64,000 nt of DNA from the human T2T-CHM13v2.0 reference genome, Homo sapiens, in the NCBI RefSeq assembly GCF_009914755.1, contig NC_060928.1. One strand, given 5' to 3'. The notes below the pieces were generated by a model. The model saw only the letters and a program-made list of their open reading frames with translations, was not told the DNA's origin and did no database searches. Positions 12,422 through 33,945 of the stretch are shown here, piece after piece; positions within the stretch are counted from its first letter, which is position 1, and the number at the start of each line of letters is the position of its first letter. Position numbers and translations under genes: made by a program.

Positions 12422-15400
12422 TGGAGTGACTTCACAAAGTGGGGAAAGGGTAAGTGAGAGACATCCCAGGGGCCCACATTCCCACCATAGAATCATGAAA
12501 TCCTGGCCATGGGAGAGCCCCTCCCCCAAGCCTCCCAACCCATGAAACTAACACAGGGAGCTTCTAGGAGGCTATGGGACAGAACTGCTCCAGGGAGGGA
12601 GCTCAGGCTGAGTCCCACACCCTTTCTAAGACCTTTCTTAGACCTAATGTGGCCACAGCAGGGCACCATTTTCAAACCTAGCCTTTGGCAGACTGCACTG
12701 GGGCACAGCAGTGTGGGAATTGAGGTATTACAGAAATTTGGGCTATTGCTGCTGAAACTGGGGCATAACCTTGGAGCAGTCATGCAGCTGGGGCTGAGAA
12801 GCAAGTGAGATGTGGGCTACAGCTGCTGGTGATGGGAAGCAAGCATTACTGGGACTGAGACTGTGATGCCAGTGCAAGTTGCCACTGGAACTTAGTTGTA
12901 AGCTAGGCAAGGGCTCTAGCAGCTGGGGCTGAGGCACAAGCTATGCACAGGTTATCACCACCAGGGCTAGGGGGCAAGCCCCACTGGCACTAGAACATGA
13001 GAGAGATAGGCATTCCCCACTTGCCAGCCTGGGCTATGGCCATTGAGGCCAGCCCCACTCTCCCCAATGGCAGGGCCTCAGCACAGCTGCTATTGCCCCT
13101 CACTTGAGCACTCTGCTTGTGACCTGGGTATTACCCTATCACTGCCAACCATGGCTGGTACCTAATCTCACTACGGGGAGGGGGTGGTTCTGAGCATAAA
13201 CCTGCAAAACCCAGCTTTATTCTCCTCTTAGATAGAGCACATAGCCTGGGCTCCTAGGGATTGCCCAACTCAATCCACCATGTTGGACACTTGAGCACTC
13301 TTCCCAGGGGCCTGAGGCTGGGCCTAAACTCCCAGCTATTACCGTCTCAGCTGATAACTACCTGCAAGCACCACCCATGGGCCTGGAGACTCGCCCACCC
13401 AGCTAACTGCAGTCACTGCCAACATCATTGTACATCACTTGGGACCCAGAGAATTATCCTGCCACTGCTACTGTCATTGCCCACACCACACTGGCTTCCT
13501 AAGGCCAGGGAACTCACCCACCCACCTGGTCCATGGCCGCTATAATTGGCATCTGAGCAAGCCATCTGGAGACCCAAGAATCTGCCCACTGGTAACTACT
13601 AACAATGTGACCAGTGGAAACTCCCATGAGGCACAAGGACAGGCATGCTTAGTCCACTGTTATCACCACTGGGGACTAAAGACTGGCCCACGTGGCATTT
13701 CTGTCCTCAGCACAACCTCACCATAGTCTCTGCTAGTAACCACACCCTAACCCACTAAGGAAATCACAGACACCACTGATGCTGTTTATGCCTCCCCAAA
13801 ATCCTACAGAGATTATACTCTATACTACTGCACATACCCAGAATCAAAGTGAAAGTGCCCTGGCCAACCAATATCATATCCATATCTTCAGGAAAAGGAC
13901 TTCCCCTATGAACATAAATTCAAAAATAGGAAAAAGTGACTGTTACAGCAGATGCACAAACATCAATGTAAGGACACAGGAAACACAAAGAAGCAAGAAA
14001 ATATGACACCTCCAAAGGAACACAATAATTCTCCAGCAATAGATCTCAACCAGAAAGAAATTCTGGTTAAGAATTTATTATTTATCTTCAAGATAAATAA
14101 TTCAAAATATTGACTTAAAATAAGATCGGTGAGATACAAAGTAATTCAGAAAAAATACAGGTAAATCAAGAAAACAATTCAGAATATGAATGAGAAATTT
14201 AGCAAAGACATAGATATTTTTTAAAAAGAATCAAATGGAAATTCTGGAACTAAAGAATTCATTAAAAAAACAAAACACATGAAAACTTCAATGATAGACT
14301 AGATTAAGCAGAAGAAAGGACCTCAGAACTTGAAGACAGGGTTTTTGGAAATCACCTATCTAGAAAAAAATCAAGAAAAAAGACAAAAGAATGAGCAAAA
14401 TCTTCATGACATTTAGGATAACATAAGCAAAAGAATATCTGAATTATTGGTATCCATGAGAGCAAAGAGAAAATGAAAGTATTATAAAAGTTATTTAGTA
14501 AATTAATAGATGAAAACTTTCCAAGTCAAACAAGACATTTAGACATTTGGATACAGGAAATTCAGAGATTCCCCAGGCAGGTAAAATGCAAAAAGGACTT
14601 CTCCATGCCACATCATGATTAGACTTTCTAAAGTCAAAAGATAAAGAGTGAATCCTAAAAACAGCAAGTAAAAAGCATCTAGTCATTTATAAAGGAAACT
14701 ACATCAGGTAACAGTGGATTTCGCAGCAGAAACTGTATAGACCAGAAGAGAATGGGATGATATATTCAGTGCTGAAAGAAAAAAAAAAAAGACTGATAGT
14801 TACGAATACTATATCCAGCAAAACTATCCTTCCTAATTGAAGAAAAAGTAAGGTTCTTTTCCAGACAAGCAAATGCTGAGGGAATTGATTATCACTATAC
14901 TGGTCCAACAAGAAATGCTCAAGGAATCCTAAACCTGGAAGTAAAAGGATGACATTTACCATCACAAAAACACATGAAAGTATGAACCTCACTGCTAAAG
15001 CAATCACAGAGAGGAGAAAAAAGGTACTCAAATGGTTCTACTACAGAAGTCCACCAGACCACAACAATAAGCAATAAAAGGGGAAAAAAGGAACAAAGAA
15101 TGCAAAAAATAACCAGAAAACATGGACAATATGACAGGAACAGAGTCTCACATATCAATAACCTTGAATATAAATGGATTAAATTTTCTACTTAAAAGAT
15201 AGAATAGATGAATGAATTCTAAAACTTATCCAAGTATATACTCCTTATAAGAAACTCACCTTACCAGTAAAGACACATGTAGACTGAAAGTAAAGTGATA
15301 GAACAAGATATTCTATGCAAATGGAAACCAAAAACAAGCAGGAGTAGCTACACTTATGTCAGATAAAATAGACTTTAAATCAAAACTAGTAAAAAAAAGA

Positions 15401-18400
15401 AAAGAAAAAGAAGGTCACTAGTAATGATAAAGGGATCAATCCAGCAGAAGTGCATAACAATTTCAAATATATATGCACCCAACACAGGAGTACTCAGATT
15501 TATAAAATAAATGTTACTAGATGTAACGAGAGATAAATTGCAATATGATAATAGTGAGGAACTTCACCATCCCTTTCTCAGAGTCAGCCATTATCTAAAC
15601 AGAAAACAAAGAAAAAGTGGATTTAAACTGGACTTTACACCAAATGAACTGAACAGACGTTTACAGAACATTCTATCCAACAACTGCAGAAGATGTATTC
15701 TTTTCATCGGCACATGGACATTCTCCAGATTAGACCATAGGTTAGGTCAAAAAACAACTCTCAAAAAAAATTTTTAATTGGAATAATATTAAATATTTTT
15801 TTCAGACCAGAGTGAAATAAAACTAAAAATTAACACCAAGAGAAACTTTGGAACTATACATGGAAATTAAGCAACACGTTCCTGAATGACCATTGAGTCA
15901 ATGAAGAAATTAAGATGGAAATCAAAAATTCTTAAAACAAATGAAAATGGAAGCATAACATACCAAAACCTGTGGGATACAGCACAAGCTAAGAGGGAAG
16001 TTTATAGCAGTAAATGCATACCTCAAAAAATAGAAAGATTACAAATTAATGATCTAACAATGCACCTCATGGAACTAGAAAAGCAAGAACAAATCAAACT
16101 CCAAATTAGCAGAATAAAAAAAATAAAGATAACAACAGAATTAAATGAAATAGAGACTTTAAAAATACAAAGGATCAATGATGAGAAGTTTTTTCTTTGG
16201 AAAAGTAAACAAGATTGATCAAACACTAGCTAGTCTAAGAAGAAAGAAAACTCAAAAAAAATCAAAAATAAAAAAGAAGATATTACAACTATATGCCATG
16301 AACATCTATTTGCTGACAAACTGGAAACCTAGAGGAAATTGATAAATTTCTGAAGACACAAAACCTACCAACATTGAATCAGGAAGAAATAGAAAACCTG
16401 TACAGACCAATAATGAGCAACAAGATTGAATCAGTAGTAAAAGTCTCCCAACAAAGAAAAACCCAGGCCCAGATGAATTCACAGCAAATTCTATCAAATG
16501 TACAAAGAAGAACTAATACCAGTCATTCTGAAACTATTCCAAAAAATTGAAGAGGAAAGAATTCCCCCTAACTCATACTACAAGGCCAGCATCAACCTGA
16601 TACCAAAGCCTGACCAGGACACCTATACACTCACACATACACCCTACAGGCCATCCCTGATGAACAAGGACATAAAAATCCTTACCAAAATGCTAGCAAA
16701 CTGAATCCAGCCGCACATCAAAAAGTTAATTTACTGCAATCAAGTGAGTTTCATCTTAGGGATGCAAGGATGGATCAACACATGCAAATCAATAAATGTG
16801 ATTCACCACATCAACAAATGAAGAACAAAAACTATATGATCACCTCAATAGATGCAGAGTGTTTGAGAAAACTCAACATTCCTTCATGACAAAACTCTCA
16901 ACAAACTAGGCACAGAAGGATCATACCTCAAAATAATAAATAGGCTTATATGACAAACCCATATCTAACATCATACTGAATGGGGAACAGTTGAAGCCTT
17001 TTTCTCTAAGAACCAGAACAAAACAAGAATGCCCACTTTCACCACCCCTATTCCACATAGTACTGAAAGTTCCGGCTAGAGGAATCAGATAAGAGAAAGA
17101 AATAACAGGCATCCAAATCGGAAAAGAAGAAGTCAAACTGTCCCTCTTTGTTTATGATATGATTTTGCATCAGAAAAACCTAGCATCTCCACCCAAAACT
17201 CCTAGATTTGATAAATGAATTCAGTAAAGTCGTAGGATATAAAATCAGTGTACAAAAATCAGTAGTGATTCTATACAGCAATAATGGTCTAGCCAAGAAA
17301 GAAATATCTAAAAAATTTAAAGTCCTAGAAATAAATCTAACCAAGGAGGTGAAAGAGGCCATGCTCATCAGAAGAATTAATTTTGTTAAATATAATTAAT
17401 GCTCATATTGCACAAAGGAATCTACAGATTCAATATAATCCCTATCAAAATACCAATGACATTCTTTACAAGGTAAGAAAAACAATTCTAAAATTCATAT
17501 GGAACCAAAAAAGAGCCTTAATAGCAAAAAGAAACAAACTGTAGGCATCACATTACCTGACTTCAAAATACAGTACAAGGCTATAGTAACCAAAATTGCA
17601 TGGTATTGGTATAAAAATAGACACATAGACCAATTGCACAGAATAGAGAACCGAGAAGTAAAGCAACTTATTTACAACCAACTCATCTTCAACAAAACTG
17701 ATGGGAACTTATACTGGGGAAAGGACACCCTTTTTAATAAACAGTGCTGGTAAAATTTGATAGTTGCATGAAGAAGAATGAAACTGGACCACTATGACTC
17801 ACCATATACAAAAGTTAAGAGAGATTAAAGACTTAAAGGTTAGACCTCAAACTATAAAAATTCTTGAAGAAAACCTAGGGAAAGCTCTCCTGGACATTGG
17901 TCTAGGCAGAGTTTATAACTAGGACCTCAGAAGCACAGGCAACAACAAAAAAAATAAACAAATAGGACTTAATTAAACCAAAAAGTTCCTGCACAGCCAA
18001 AGAAATAATTGATAGAGTGAAAAGGCAACCTGTTGAAAGGAAGAAAATATTTGCAAACTATTCATCTGACAGGTGACCAATATTCAGAATATACAAGGAA
18101 CTCAAACCACTCTGCAGGAAAAATAGCAAATAAACCCATTAAAAGTAGACAAAGATATGAGTAGACATTTTGCAAAAGAAGACATACAAATGGCCAACAG
18201 GCATATGAAGAAATGTTCAGTGTCACTAATCACCACAAAAATGCAAATCAAAACCACAAGAGAGATAATCATATTCCAGTCAGAATGGCTATTTTAAAGA
18301 ATACAAAAAATATACAAAATATACAAAAATATACAAATACATAAAAAATTACAAAAAATAATGAACGTTGGCAAGGATGCAGAGAAAAGGCGTCTCTTAT

Positions 18401-19093
18401 ACACTGTTGGTGGGAATGTTAACTAGTATAGCCACTAGGGAAAACAGTGGGAAAGTTCCTCACAAATCTAAAAATAGAATTGCCACTTAATCCAGCAATC
18501 TCACTGCTGGACATCTACCTCCCAAAAAAGAAATTAATATACCAAAGGGATATCCTGCACTTGCATGTTTATTGCAGCACTATTCACAACAGCAAAAACA
18601 TGGAATCAACCAAAGTGTTCAACAATGGAAGAATAGATTTTTTAAATGTGATATATATATGCATACAATGGAATAGTATTCAGCCATAAAAAAGAATGGA
18701 GTCATGTAATTGGTGGCAACATGGATGGAACTGGAGGTTATTATCTTAAGTGAAATAAGTCAGGCCCAAAAAGACAAATATCACATGTTCCCACTTACAT
18801 GTGGGAGCTAAAAAACTTGGTAACACAAAGGTAGAGAGAGGAAAGATAGATAACAAAAACTATGAAAGGTGAGTGGGGGGAGAAGGGAGGATGAAGGCAA
18901 AGGTGTTAAAAGGTACAAATATACAGTTTGATAGAAGGAATAAGTTTAATGTCTGATAGCACAGTAGGGTGACTATAGTTAACAAAAATGCATTGTACTC
19001 AGGTGACAAACATCCTTAATACCTTGGCTTGATCACTATGTATTTCATATATGTAACAACATTTCATATGTATCCTATAAATTTGTGTAAATA
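12422..19093 (+). mobile_element. Near-full-length old LINE-1 (L1MA4-like), ORF1/ORF2 disrupted
   Basis: Starts GGAGTGACTTCA; GC-rich 5'UTR to ~13.9 kb; ORF2 ATGACAGGA at 15131; ORF2 fragments in the ORF track; L1MA-type 3'UTR; candidate TSD AATAACAATTCTC (12409) / AATAAGTAATTCTC (19094). Confidence 0.9.
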
Positions 19094-19129
19094 AATAAGT
19101 AATTCTCCTTGCTTGTTTTTGTGATTTGT

Positions 19130-19349
19130 CAGTGTTGGAGTACTTTTTCTTGAAGGGCTAGGTAGTAAATAATTTAAGCTTTCCAGGCCATGTCGTTTCT
19201 GTCATAACCACTCAACTCTGTTGCTGTAGTGCAGAAATAGCCACTGACAATAGGTAGACAAATGAGCACAGCTGTCCATTATGACTTTATTTACAAAATC
19301 ATGTGGCGAGCTGGATTTGGTCTTCACACTGTGATTAGGCAAACTCTAG
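19130..19349 (+). mobile_element. MER58A hAT-Charlie MITE
   Basis: AAGGGCTAGGTAGTAAATAATTTAAGCTTT...ACTCAACTCTGTTGCTGTAGTGCAGAAATAGCCA...CTTTATTTACAAAA...CTGGATTTGG. Confidence 0.85.
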
Positions 19350-19837
19350 GTGATAGTAAATTATATGACTTGAAAAAATAAGGTTTAAAGAAATCCTAAG
19401 CTTTAAAAGTCATTTTGCTGGACTCTTGGGAGAAGGATTCCATAGAATGAGTTTTGTAAAAACAGCTATTTGTAAGTTTATTTCAATTTATGGTATATAC
19501 GGAGATATATTAAGGTTACTTGGTGTGAACCAAAGGAAAAACAAATCTACCATTATTCTTTTCATTTAACAAATTATAAGGGAGTCTAAGAATAACCCTT
19601 GCAGATATTACAAAATAAATGGAACTGATTTGTCAATGCCAAAAGCTAGAAGTGATCAATTTAGATCACGACAGTATGGAAGTCTACTAAATGTAATGAA
19701 TTATCCAGCTCATTAATTTAGGATTTGGCTAGTGTTGTGAGAACATCTCTAGTTATTGATACTCTCATTTGCATTTTGGTGAATATAAAGATAACTTTTC
19801 CTTAGAAATGACCTCTAAGATCTTGAAAAAAGCATTC

Positions 19838-26369
<6,532 letters not shown>

Positions 26370-26373
26370 GAAC

Positions 26374-26624
26374 TTATTCTTTGCTGCCTGTGCTTTTGCA
26401 GTCCTAGCCAAAGGAAATCTTTGTTCACACCAATGCCATGGAGCTTTCCCCTTATGTTTTTTATAATAGTTCTACAATTTCAGGTCTTACACAGTCCATT
26501 TGAGTGGATTTTTGTATATGATGTGATAAGAGAGTCTAACTTCATTTTTCTACATGCGGATATTCAGTTTTCTCAATACCCGTTATTGAAGAGACTATCC
26601 TTTCACCATTGTGTGTTCTTGGCA
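26374..26624 (-). mobile_element. Inverted 5' segment of an L1MA6/7-like element (ORF2 3' region)
   Basis: Reverse complement reads TGCCAAGAACACACAATGG..AAAGGATAGTCTCTTCAATAA...GGGGAAAGCTCCATGGCATTGG...AAAAGCACAGGCAGCAAAG. Confidence 0.85.
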
Positions 26625-27590
26625 TTGTAGCATCCACAGTATATAAGGAACTCAAACAACCCAATAATAAAAAAACAAATAACCTGATTAGAAAATGGGC
26701 TAAAGACCTGAATAGACATTTCTCAAAATATATATAAATGGTCAATAAGTATTTGAAAAAAATGCTTGACATCCCTAATCATCAGGGAAATGCAAATTAA
26801 ATCCACAGTGAGATATCTCATACCTGTTAGCATGGCAACTACCAAAAAGTTGAACGCTAACACTTGTTGGTGAGGATGTGGAGAAAAGGGAATCTTTGTA
26901 CATTGCTAGTGGGAATGTGAATTAGTACATCCTGGAAAACAGTATGAAGGTTCCTCAAAAAATTAAAAATAGAACTACCATATGATCCAGCAATTCCACT
27001 ACTGGATATATACCTGAAGCAAATGAAATTGGTGTGTTGAAGAGGTATCTGCCTTCCCATGTTCATTTCATTACATTATCCACAAGATAGGGAATTAAGT
27101 ATTTGTTAACAGACGAATGAACAAAAAAGAAAGTGCTGTCATTTACAATGACATGGATTAACCTGGAGAACATTATAGAAAGACAAACACCATATGATCT
27201 CACTTACATGTGGAGTGTAAAAAAGTTCCAAGTCATATAGAGAGTAAAATAGTAATTGCCAGTGGCTGGAGGATGGGGGATTGGAAAGAAAGTAGTCAAA
27301 AGACCCAAAATTTGAGTTATATAGGAGGAATAAGTTTAAGGGATCTATTGCATATCATAGTGACTACAGTTAAAAATAGACTATATATTGGAAAATTGCT
27401 GATAGTAGATATTAAGTATTCTCACCACACAAAAATGCTAAGTATGTGAGGAATGGATATGTTAATTAGCTTGATTTAGCCATTCCACAATATAAACATA
27501 TATCAAAATATTATGTTGTATTCCATAAATATATACATTTCTTCTCTGTCAATTTAAGTAAATGAATAAATATTTTAAAATTAAAATATT
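26625..27590 (+). mobile_element. L1MA6/7-like 3' segment
   Basis: ATATAAGGAACTCAAACAAC...GGTTCCTCAAAAAATTAAAAATAGAACTACCATATGATCCAGCAAT...GGATATGTTAATTAGCTTGATTTAGCCATTCCACAAT, AT-rich tail. Confidence 0.88.
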
Positions 27591-28344
27591 TTTTAAAATT
27601 TTGTCTCCTAAAAATAATCAAATTCAAATCTCTCTATCATAAGTCAGCAACCTTTTTCACAGCTCCCTTTGCCTTGTCATTAGTGACCAATTCTTTCATA
27701 GAGCTCATGTATAAGAGAGAGGGGATAGGGCATTAGTTTAAAAAAAAAAAAAAAAAGATTGGGCTGGGGGGATTGATCTGTTCATTCCTCATTTAAATAA
27801 GCAGCCACTCCAAGGCTGCAGGAATATTTCAAGGCTGAAGGAACTCAAACTTTGCTCTTTCAGAGGAAGCTGATGCTGACAATTTTATGTGGCACAATAG
27901 AGGATCTGCACCCTTCTTAAAGCCTCCTGCTGTTGGTTTATAGAGACCCCACTGTGTCCACCAACCCTATACTGGACCCCAGAGCAGCAGTTCACTCCAT
28001 AGCTTCTGGGTGGAGTTGTCATTCAGGAAAAGAGGTGAGTTTCTTCCCTGGATTTTACAAAAAGAGAGGGAGAAGGGCGTGATCGGGGGGAAACAGAAAG
28101 AGTGTGACTTTGAATTTGGCAGCCAAAGAATGTAATCTACTTTTATTCTCAGCTGTGAGAAATCTCCTTTTGACACTTCCAACTTAGCCTTGGACAAGTT
28201 GCTAATCATTAGCTGTGTCAAAAGCAGAGGAAAAGACACCTCTCCATCACATTTTACATCACCAAGTACATGTAACAGCAGTGAGGAAATTATATCTTTT
28301 TCAGAACATTCCCAGTACATTCTGCCACATGAAATCAATTTTCA

Positions 28345-28535
28345 AACTTTATTTAGTGTCTACTATATATCAAGCACTGTATAAAATTTTACAAATATTA
28401 TTTCATTTAAAATTTAAGGCAGTTACCTGAGATGATATTTTATTCCCATTTTACGCATGAAACAGAGGATCAAAGAAAAATAATTGTAGCTTATTCAAAG
28501 TCATGTAGGTAATAAGCACTGGGTATGAACTGCAT
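28345..28535 (-). mobile_element. MIR SINE
   Basis: TTTATTTAGTGTCTACTATATATCAAGCACTGT...TATTCCCATTTTACGCATGAAACAGAGGATCAAAG. Confidence 0.65.
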
Positions 28536-31256
28536 ATTCTCTCTCTCTGCCTCTCTGCCCCTTCTCTCTCTACCTCTCTGTTCCTTCCTCCCATTCTCGT
28601 TCTTCTCAATATACCTCCAAAGCTTCTGAGTTGTGTCATTTTTGTCCTAATGTGCATACCACATTCTACTGCAGTGTTAGAATAGTGTCACCATGAAATT
28701 ATAACAAACTCAGATGAGGCTACTATTTGACCAAGTAAGACTTCAAATCAAGGACATAGACAGAAGGCCAGCAGGCAGAATGTACTCTGAAGACCTGCCT
28801 TGTTTTAGCAACATGATGCTTCATTTGATTTTTTAATGGTTTTAGGCAGGTTGTCCACTTGCCAGTTTTTACATTCTGCCACTCCCTTCTGATTCACACT
28901 CATGTTCTCCACACACCCTCTTCCAACACATCTTCTGAAGGCATTTGAGCTTGGAACCCCTGCTTACAATCAATCATGCAACTACCAGTCCTTTAGTTTG
29001 TCTGACTTAAAATCATTTTCTATTCCTACTGAGAAAACAAGCTGTCAGTTGGAAGACAATGTGGTAAGTCTAAGAAAGAAATACACATGGAAGCATCTCA
29101 AATAAATGTTTGGGTAGGGAGAATTTAGACTTAAAACCAAAAACCAACATAGCTTCTTAAATAAGAACAACTGAGTAAACGTGAACACTACACCAACTGC
29201 TAAATGTTAAACCTGTATCCAAGTCACAAATATCAAAGGCAAGCAACACAACTAAAATTATTAATTTGATCTTAACTTTGCTTGGTATAAGATGTGGGGT
29301 GTCCTAATATTTAGATCTATCTCTGCATGACAGTTCAGATTCATGTGCAAGAATAATTCAAATCTTCCAGCAGGTTAAACTAGATGTAAGAAACATCCTC
29401 TGTCTAGATTTGGAGTGAAACAGCCCTGCTTATAGTGATGTCTGGTTGAACCTCTGACCCATAGACGAGAGAATTCTTCAGATGTTGAGTATCTCTCAAC
29501 ATGCAATAGCTAGACTATCTGCAGCAAGATCATTTGCCGAAACACAGATTCCTAGGTTCCCCAGGCCATCTTAATTGGAGTCTCAAAGTATGATTCTGGA
29601 CTATGTTTTTTAACAAATGCCATCATATAATTTTGTGATCACTTAAACTTGGAAAACACTAATTTAGATTTATGCCATAGGTCCTCCTATCTCATCTCAT
29701 CTGTTCTTGACTTCCATCCTTCTTGGAACATTAGTTTTTTCCAGATTCCTCTTATTTAGCAGAATCTCAGGTATACACTCTTTCTGGCTGGTTCTATCTT
29801 ATTGCTGCCCAATCTTTAGCATAACGACATGGTTATATTTTATAATTGCTTATACTCTCCATTCTCTGGGCTCATATTGAAATAACTAACTGCCCTGTTA
29901 AGTTGTCAGGAGCAGTACCTATGAGTGTAGAAGATACAAACCAGGATGCTTTAAATAGCTATTCCTTATAAAATGGTGGAAGAAAACAATTTCCAAACTA
30001 AACAAAGGAAACTCATTTGACAAATAAAATACATCAGCACAGACACTAAATAAATAGTTTGCTCACCTCTGAGAAAACAAAACAACAACTCGATTGAGTT
30101 TTGCGCCTGCCAACTTTTAAACCTTTATAAATAGTAATTTATTTTATGGTTTATTCCATTGAATACCTACAATAAACAAGGAAACTATAGCATTACATTT
30201 GCCTGGCTTTCCTATCATGGCCACAGAATAAATGAGTTGTTGGGCTGCCGTGTATATATCTTTCTAAAATAGATTGAAAATATATGTAAATAATTCTGTC
30301 TCCTGAGCTTAGGCAGCATGCAAAGATGCTTAAGAATGATCACAATAATGCAAAATTCATGACAACTCATTTACTATAATAGCAACTCTGAGTCACAATG
30401 AAGAATTTAAGGATACCTATGAGAAAGAATTTCCGTAGGAGAGTAACCTATGAGTACAAAATCTTTAAAGTAACAAAGTTCTCTGTTAACTTCAATAGCA
30501 TAAGCGCAATGCTGTCACTTTCTCCTAGGCAGCCAGTTGTAATGCAGGCCTCTCCGGATATCTGAAATACACCGAGTTTGCTAAACATGGCATTTTGTGA
30601 AAGTCTCAAAATTGTGGAGAATCCCCAATGGCAGTGAAAAGGTTGTTTATTTTCCCAAAGTCACATCCCATTAGAACACACACCATTCCACATCAGTTGA
30701 ACAAATACTGACTCTGCAAACAAAACAAATAGTGATAAAGAATGACAGTATGTAGAGAAGCAAAATATCTAATTTAAAGAATAGGATTCAACCCTTTTAG
30801 AGGGTAACTTGAAAGGAGCATTCGAAATTTTAGATGCGTGTCTTTTGATCTCATAATTCTTTTTGAAATGTACTAGCACTACGGAATAACAGATCAATTA
30901 AAGATGCATATACAAAGGCATTCATTTCATCATGATTTGCAATAAAAACACCTTGAAACATTTTAAACTTCCATCAGCACAAAATAGTTTAAATAAAGTA
31001 TGGTATATATTCTGTTGTGTGGCCTTAAAAAAAAAGCAACATTATATGTATTGATTGGAAAGATATCCATCAAATAAGAAAAAGTTCATTGCAAAGTATT
31101 ACCATATTATGTTTATACTTGTACATAAAATAATTATAGACATATGTATATAATGCTTCCAAATGGCTATTGTAGAGTTTGAGCAGAGGCGTGACATAAT
31201 TTGGCTTACTTTTCCAAGGATCACTCCAAAAGCTGCATTAAAAAATATATGGTATC

Positions 31257-31604
<348 letters not shown>

Positions 31605-31606
31605 GG

Positions 31607-31895
31607 GGCCGGGTGCAGTGACTCATGCCTGTAATCCCAGCACTTTGGGAGGCCAAGGCAGGCAGATCACGAGGTGAGGCGTTCAAGACAAGCCTGGCCA
31701 ACATAGTGAAACCCCGTCTCTACTAAAAATACAAAAATTAGTGGGGCATAATGGCACATGCCTGTAGTCCCAGCTGCTCGGGAGACTGAGGCAGGAGAAT
31801 CACTTTAACCTGGGAGGTGGAGGTGGCAGTGAGCCGAGATCATGTCACTGCACTCCAGCTTGGGGAGCAGAGTGAGACTTTGTCTCAAAAAAAAA
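31607..31895 (+). mobile_element. AluS (AluSg-like)
   Basis: Full dimer, GATCACGAGGT, CCTGGCCAACAT; TSD-like TAAACATTTAA/TAAATATTTAA. Confidence 0.92.
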
Positions 31896-32019
31896 TTAAA
31901 TATTTAATAAATAGTTGGTAAGGGAAAGGGTAAATGCAGAGAGACCTTGAAAGCAACTACTGCATAACTCAGGTGAGAGATGATGGAGCTCCTAACAGCA
32001 GCCATGGCGGTGATGGTGA

Positions 32020-32331
<312 letters not shown>

Positions 32332-33814
32332 TAATTTGAATAATGCCCATGGGACTTCCTGGTGGGCTGGATATGGACTGTGAGGGAGAAGAGCCAAAGA
32401 TGATTCCAAAACTCATCCAAAACTTGGAAACTTTCTCACCCACCATCTTCATGTGGCTTGTACATGATAAATGCAAAGTGGAAAAGAATGATAATAATAG
32501 AATGCTAGCTGTCCAAAGGCTTACTTTGTACAAAGATTAGTGTGGGCTGTTTGTCCTCAGGAAGATGGATAATTCCCGTTACTTTGATTTGATTTGATTT
32601 TGTCTACATATTGCCAGTTTCCTTTTAATAAGGCCTCTGTTTCATTTGAATTTTCTTTCATGTTTATTTCTTTATCATGTCTTCTTATTTACCTTATGCA
32701 AAAAATGTCACAAAGTTCTGTATCATTTTCCATAATTTTTTTCTAAAATATCCTGAGTGTTACAAATTCTATCTAAATAATCTTGTTAGATGCATCTGCT
32801 GCTAAGTAAATGTGTATCTAGTTTTATGCCATTTTCTTATTGACTAAGCATTTGTTGCTTACTCTTTGGCTATTAGTAACCCAAACAGCCTCTTCCCAAT
32901 TAATAAACAAAATAACATTTCCTCCAACAAGACAGAAAGTTAAAGAAAAACTAACAGGATGATAGCTTCCAAAACTGGTAGTCCAAGATGTGAGGATCTT
33001 TTTGCAAAGGATTCCCCACTCTTGCAGGGACACATGTACACAGACTCACACTGTCTGCCTTTAGTTGCCAGTCTTATGCGGGCCCAGGCTGGTTTGACCA
33101 TTTTCCCAAATACAAAAGTACATGACCATATTTCAGAGCTTTCCCTTCTGTGACTACACAAACTATGTGCTGGGTTTCCTTCCTCCCTAGACAATGGGGC
33201 CTTTGGGATTTCATGCTTTGAAACTAAGATTTCATTAAAAAGTCTCAGTAGCCAGCACCATGGAACAGTGGTAATATTTAGAAACTATTGAAAAGATAAG
33301 GCACATAGGAGAAAAACTTACACAAGTGTAGTAGTTCTTTGGTCAAAAATACAAATAATATTAAAGGCATTCTCTGCCTTTGCAATTCAAAGCTGTCAGA
33401 TGGGATAAATTGTTAAAGCCAGCATGCATTTTGTAACTATGCTGCACTTATCTTATCTTTGGACTTATCTGGATAAGTCCAAATGCACTTATTTTTGTAT
33501 CTGTATTATTATTTAAGGCAAAGCAGTGAGAAGTCTCTAATATGATACCAATCTCAGATTATCCTTAAAATAAGGCTTGTTATTAGCACTTTCTAACATG
33601 AGAAGTAATATTTGTGTAAAGCCAAAGATAAAGGTATCAAAAAGAATTAAATAAAAAACAAGAATTTATAGCAGGTGAAAAATATGAAATACAGAGAAGT
33701 TATCCTTTACATTCGTGAGAGAAGCATAATTAGCTTTTAAGTAATGGAGGTTTAAAATGTGGTCCTTATGTGTCCTTATGTATTAATGAACTTAAACAAA
33801 ATATTAGAATGTTG

Positions 33815-33945
33815 TTTATTCACTTCTTCAGCAAATATTTATTAAATGCACATTTCTTTGCAGGCACTCTTCTAAGCAGGAGGAAATAGTAGTGTTTAAA
33901 ACAGGTGAACAGCTAAGTGCCCTCCTGGACTGTACATTCAGTGAA
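33815..33945 (-). mobile_element. L2 3' end fragment
   Basis: TTCAGCAAATATTTATTAAATGCAC...CAGGCACTCTTCTAAGC...TGCCCTCCTGGA. Confidence 0.6.

Noticed and set aside
12430-13900. GC-rich block with several ORFs as a host promoter or exon
   Set aside because: CpG-depleted and contiguous with L1 ORF1/ORF2; explained as an old L1 5'UTR
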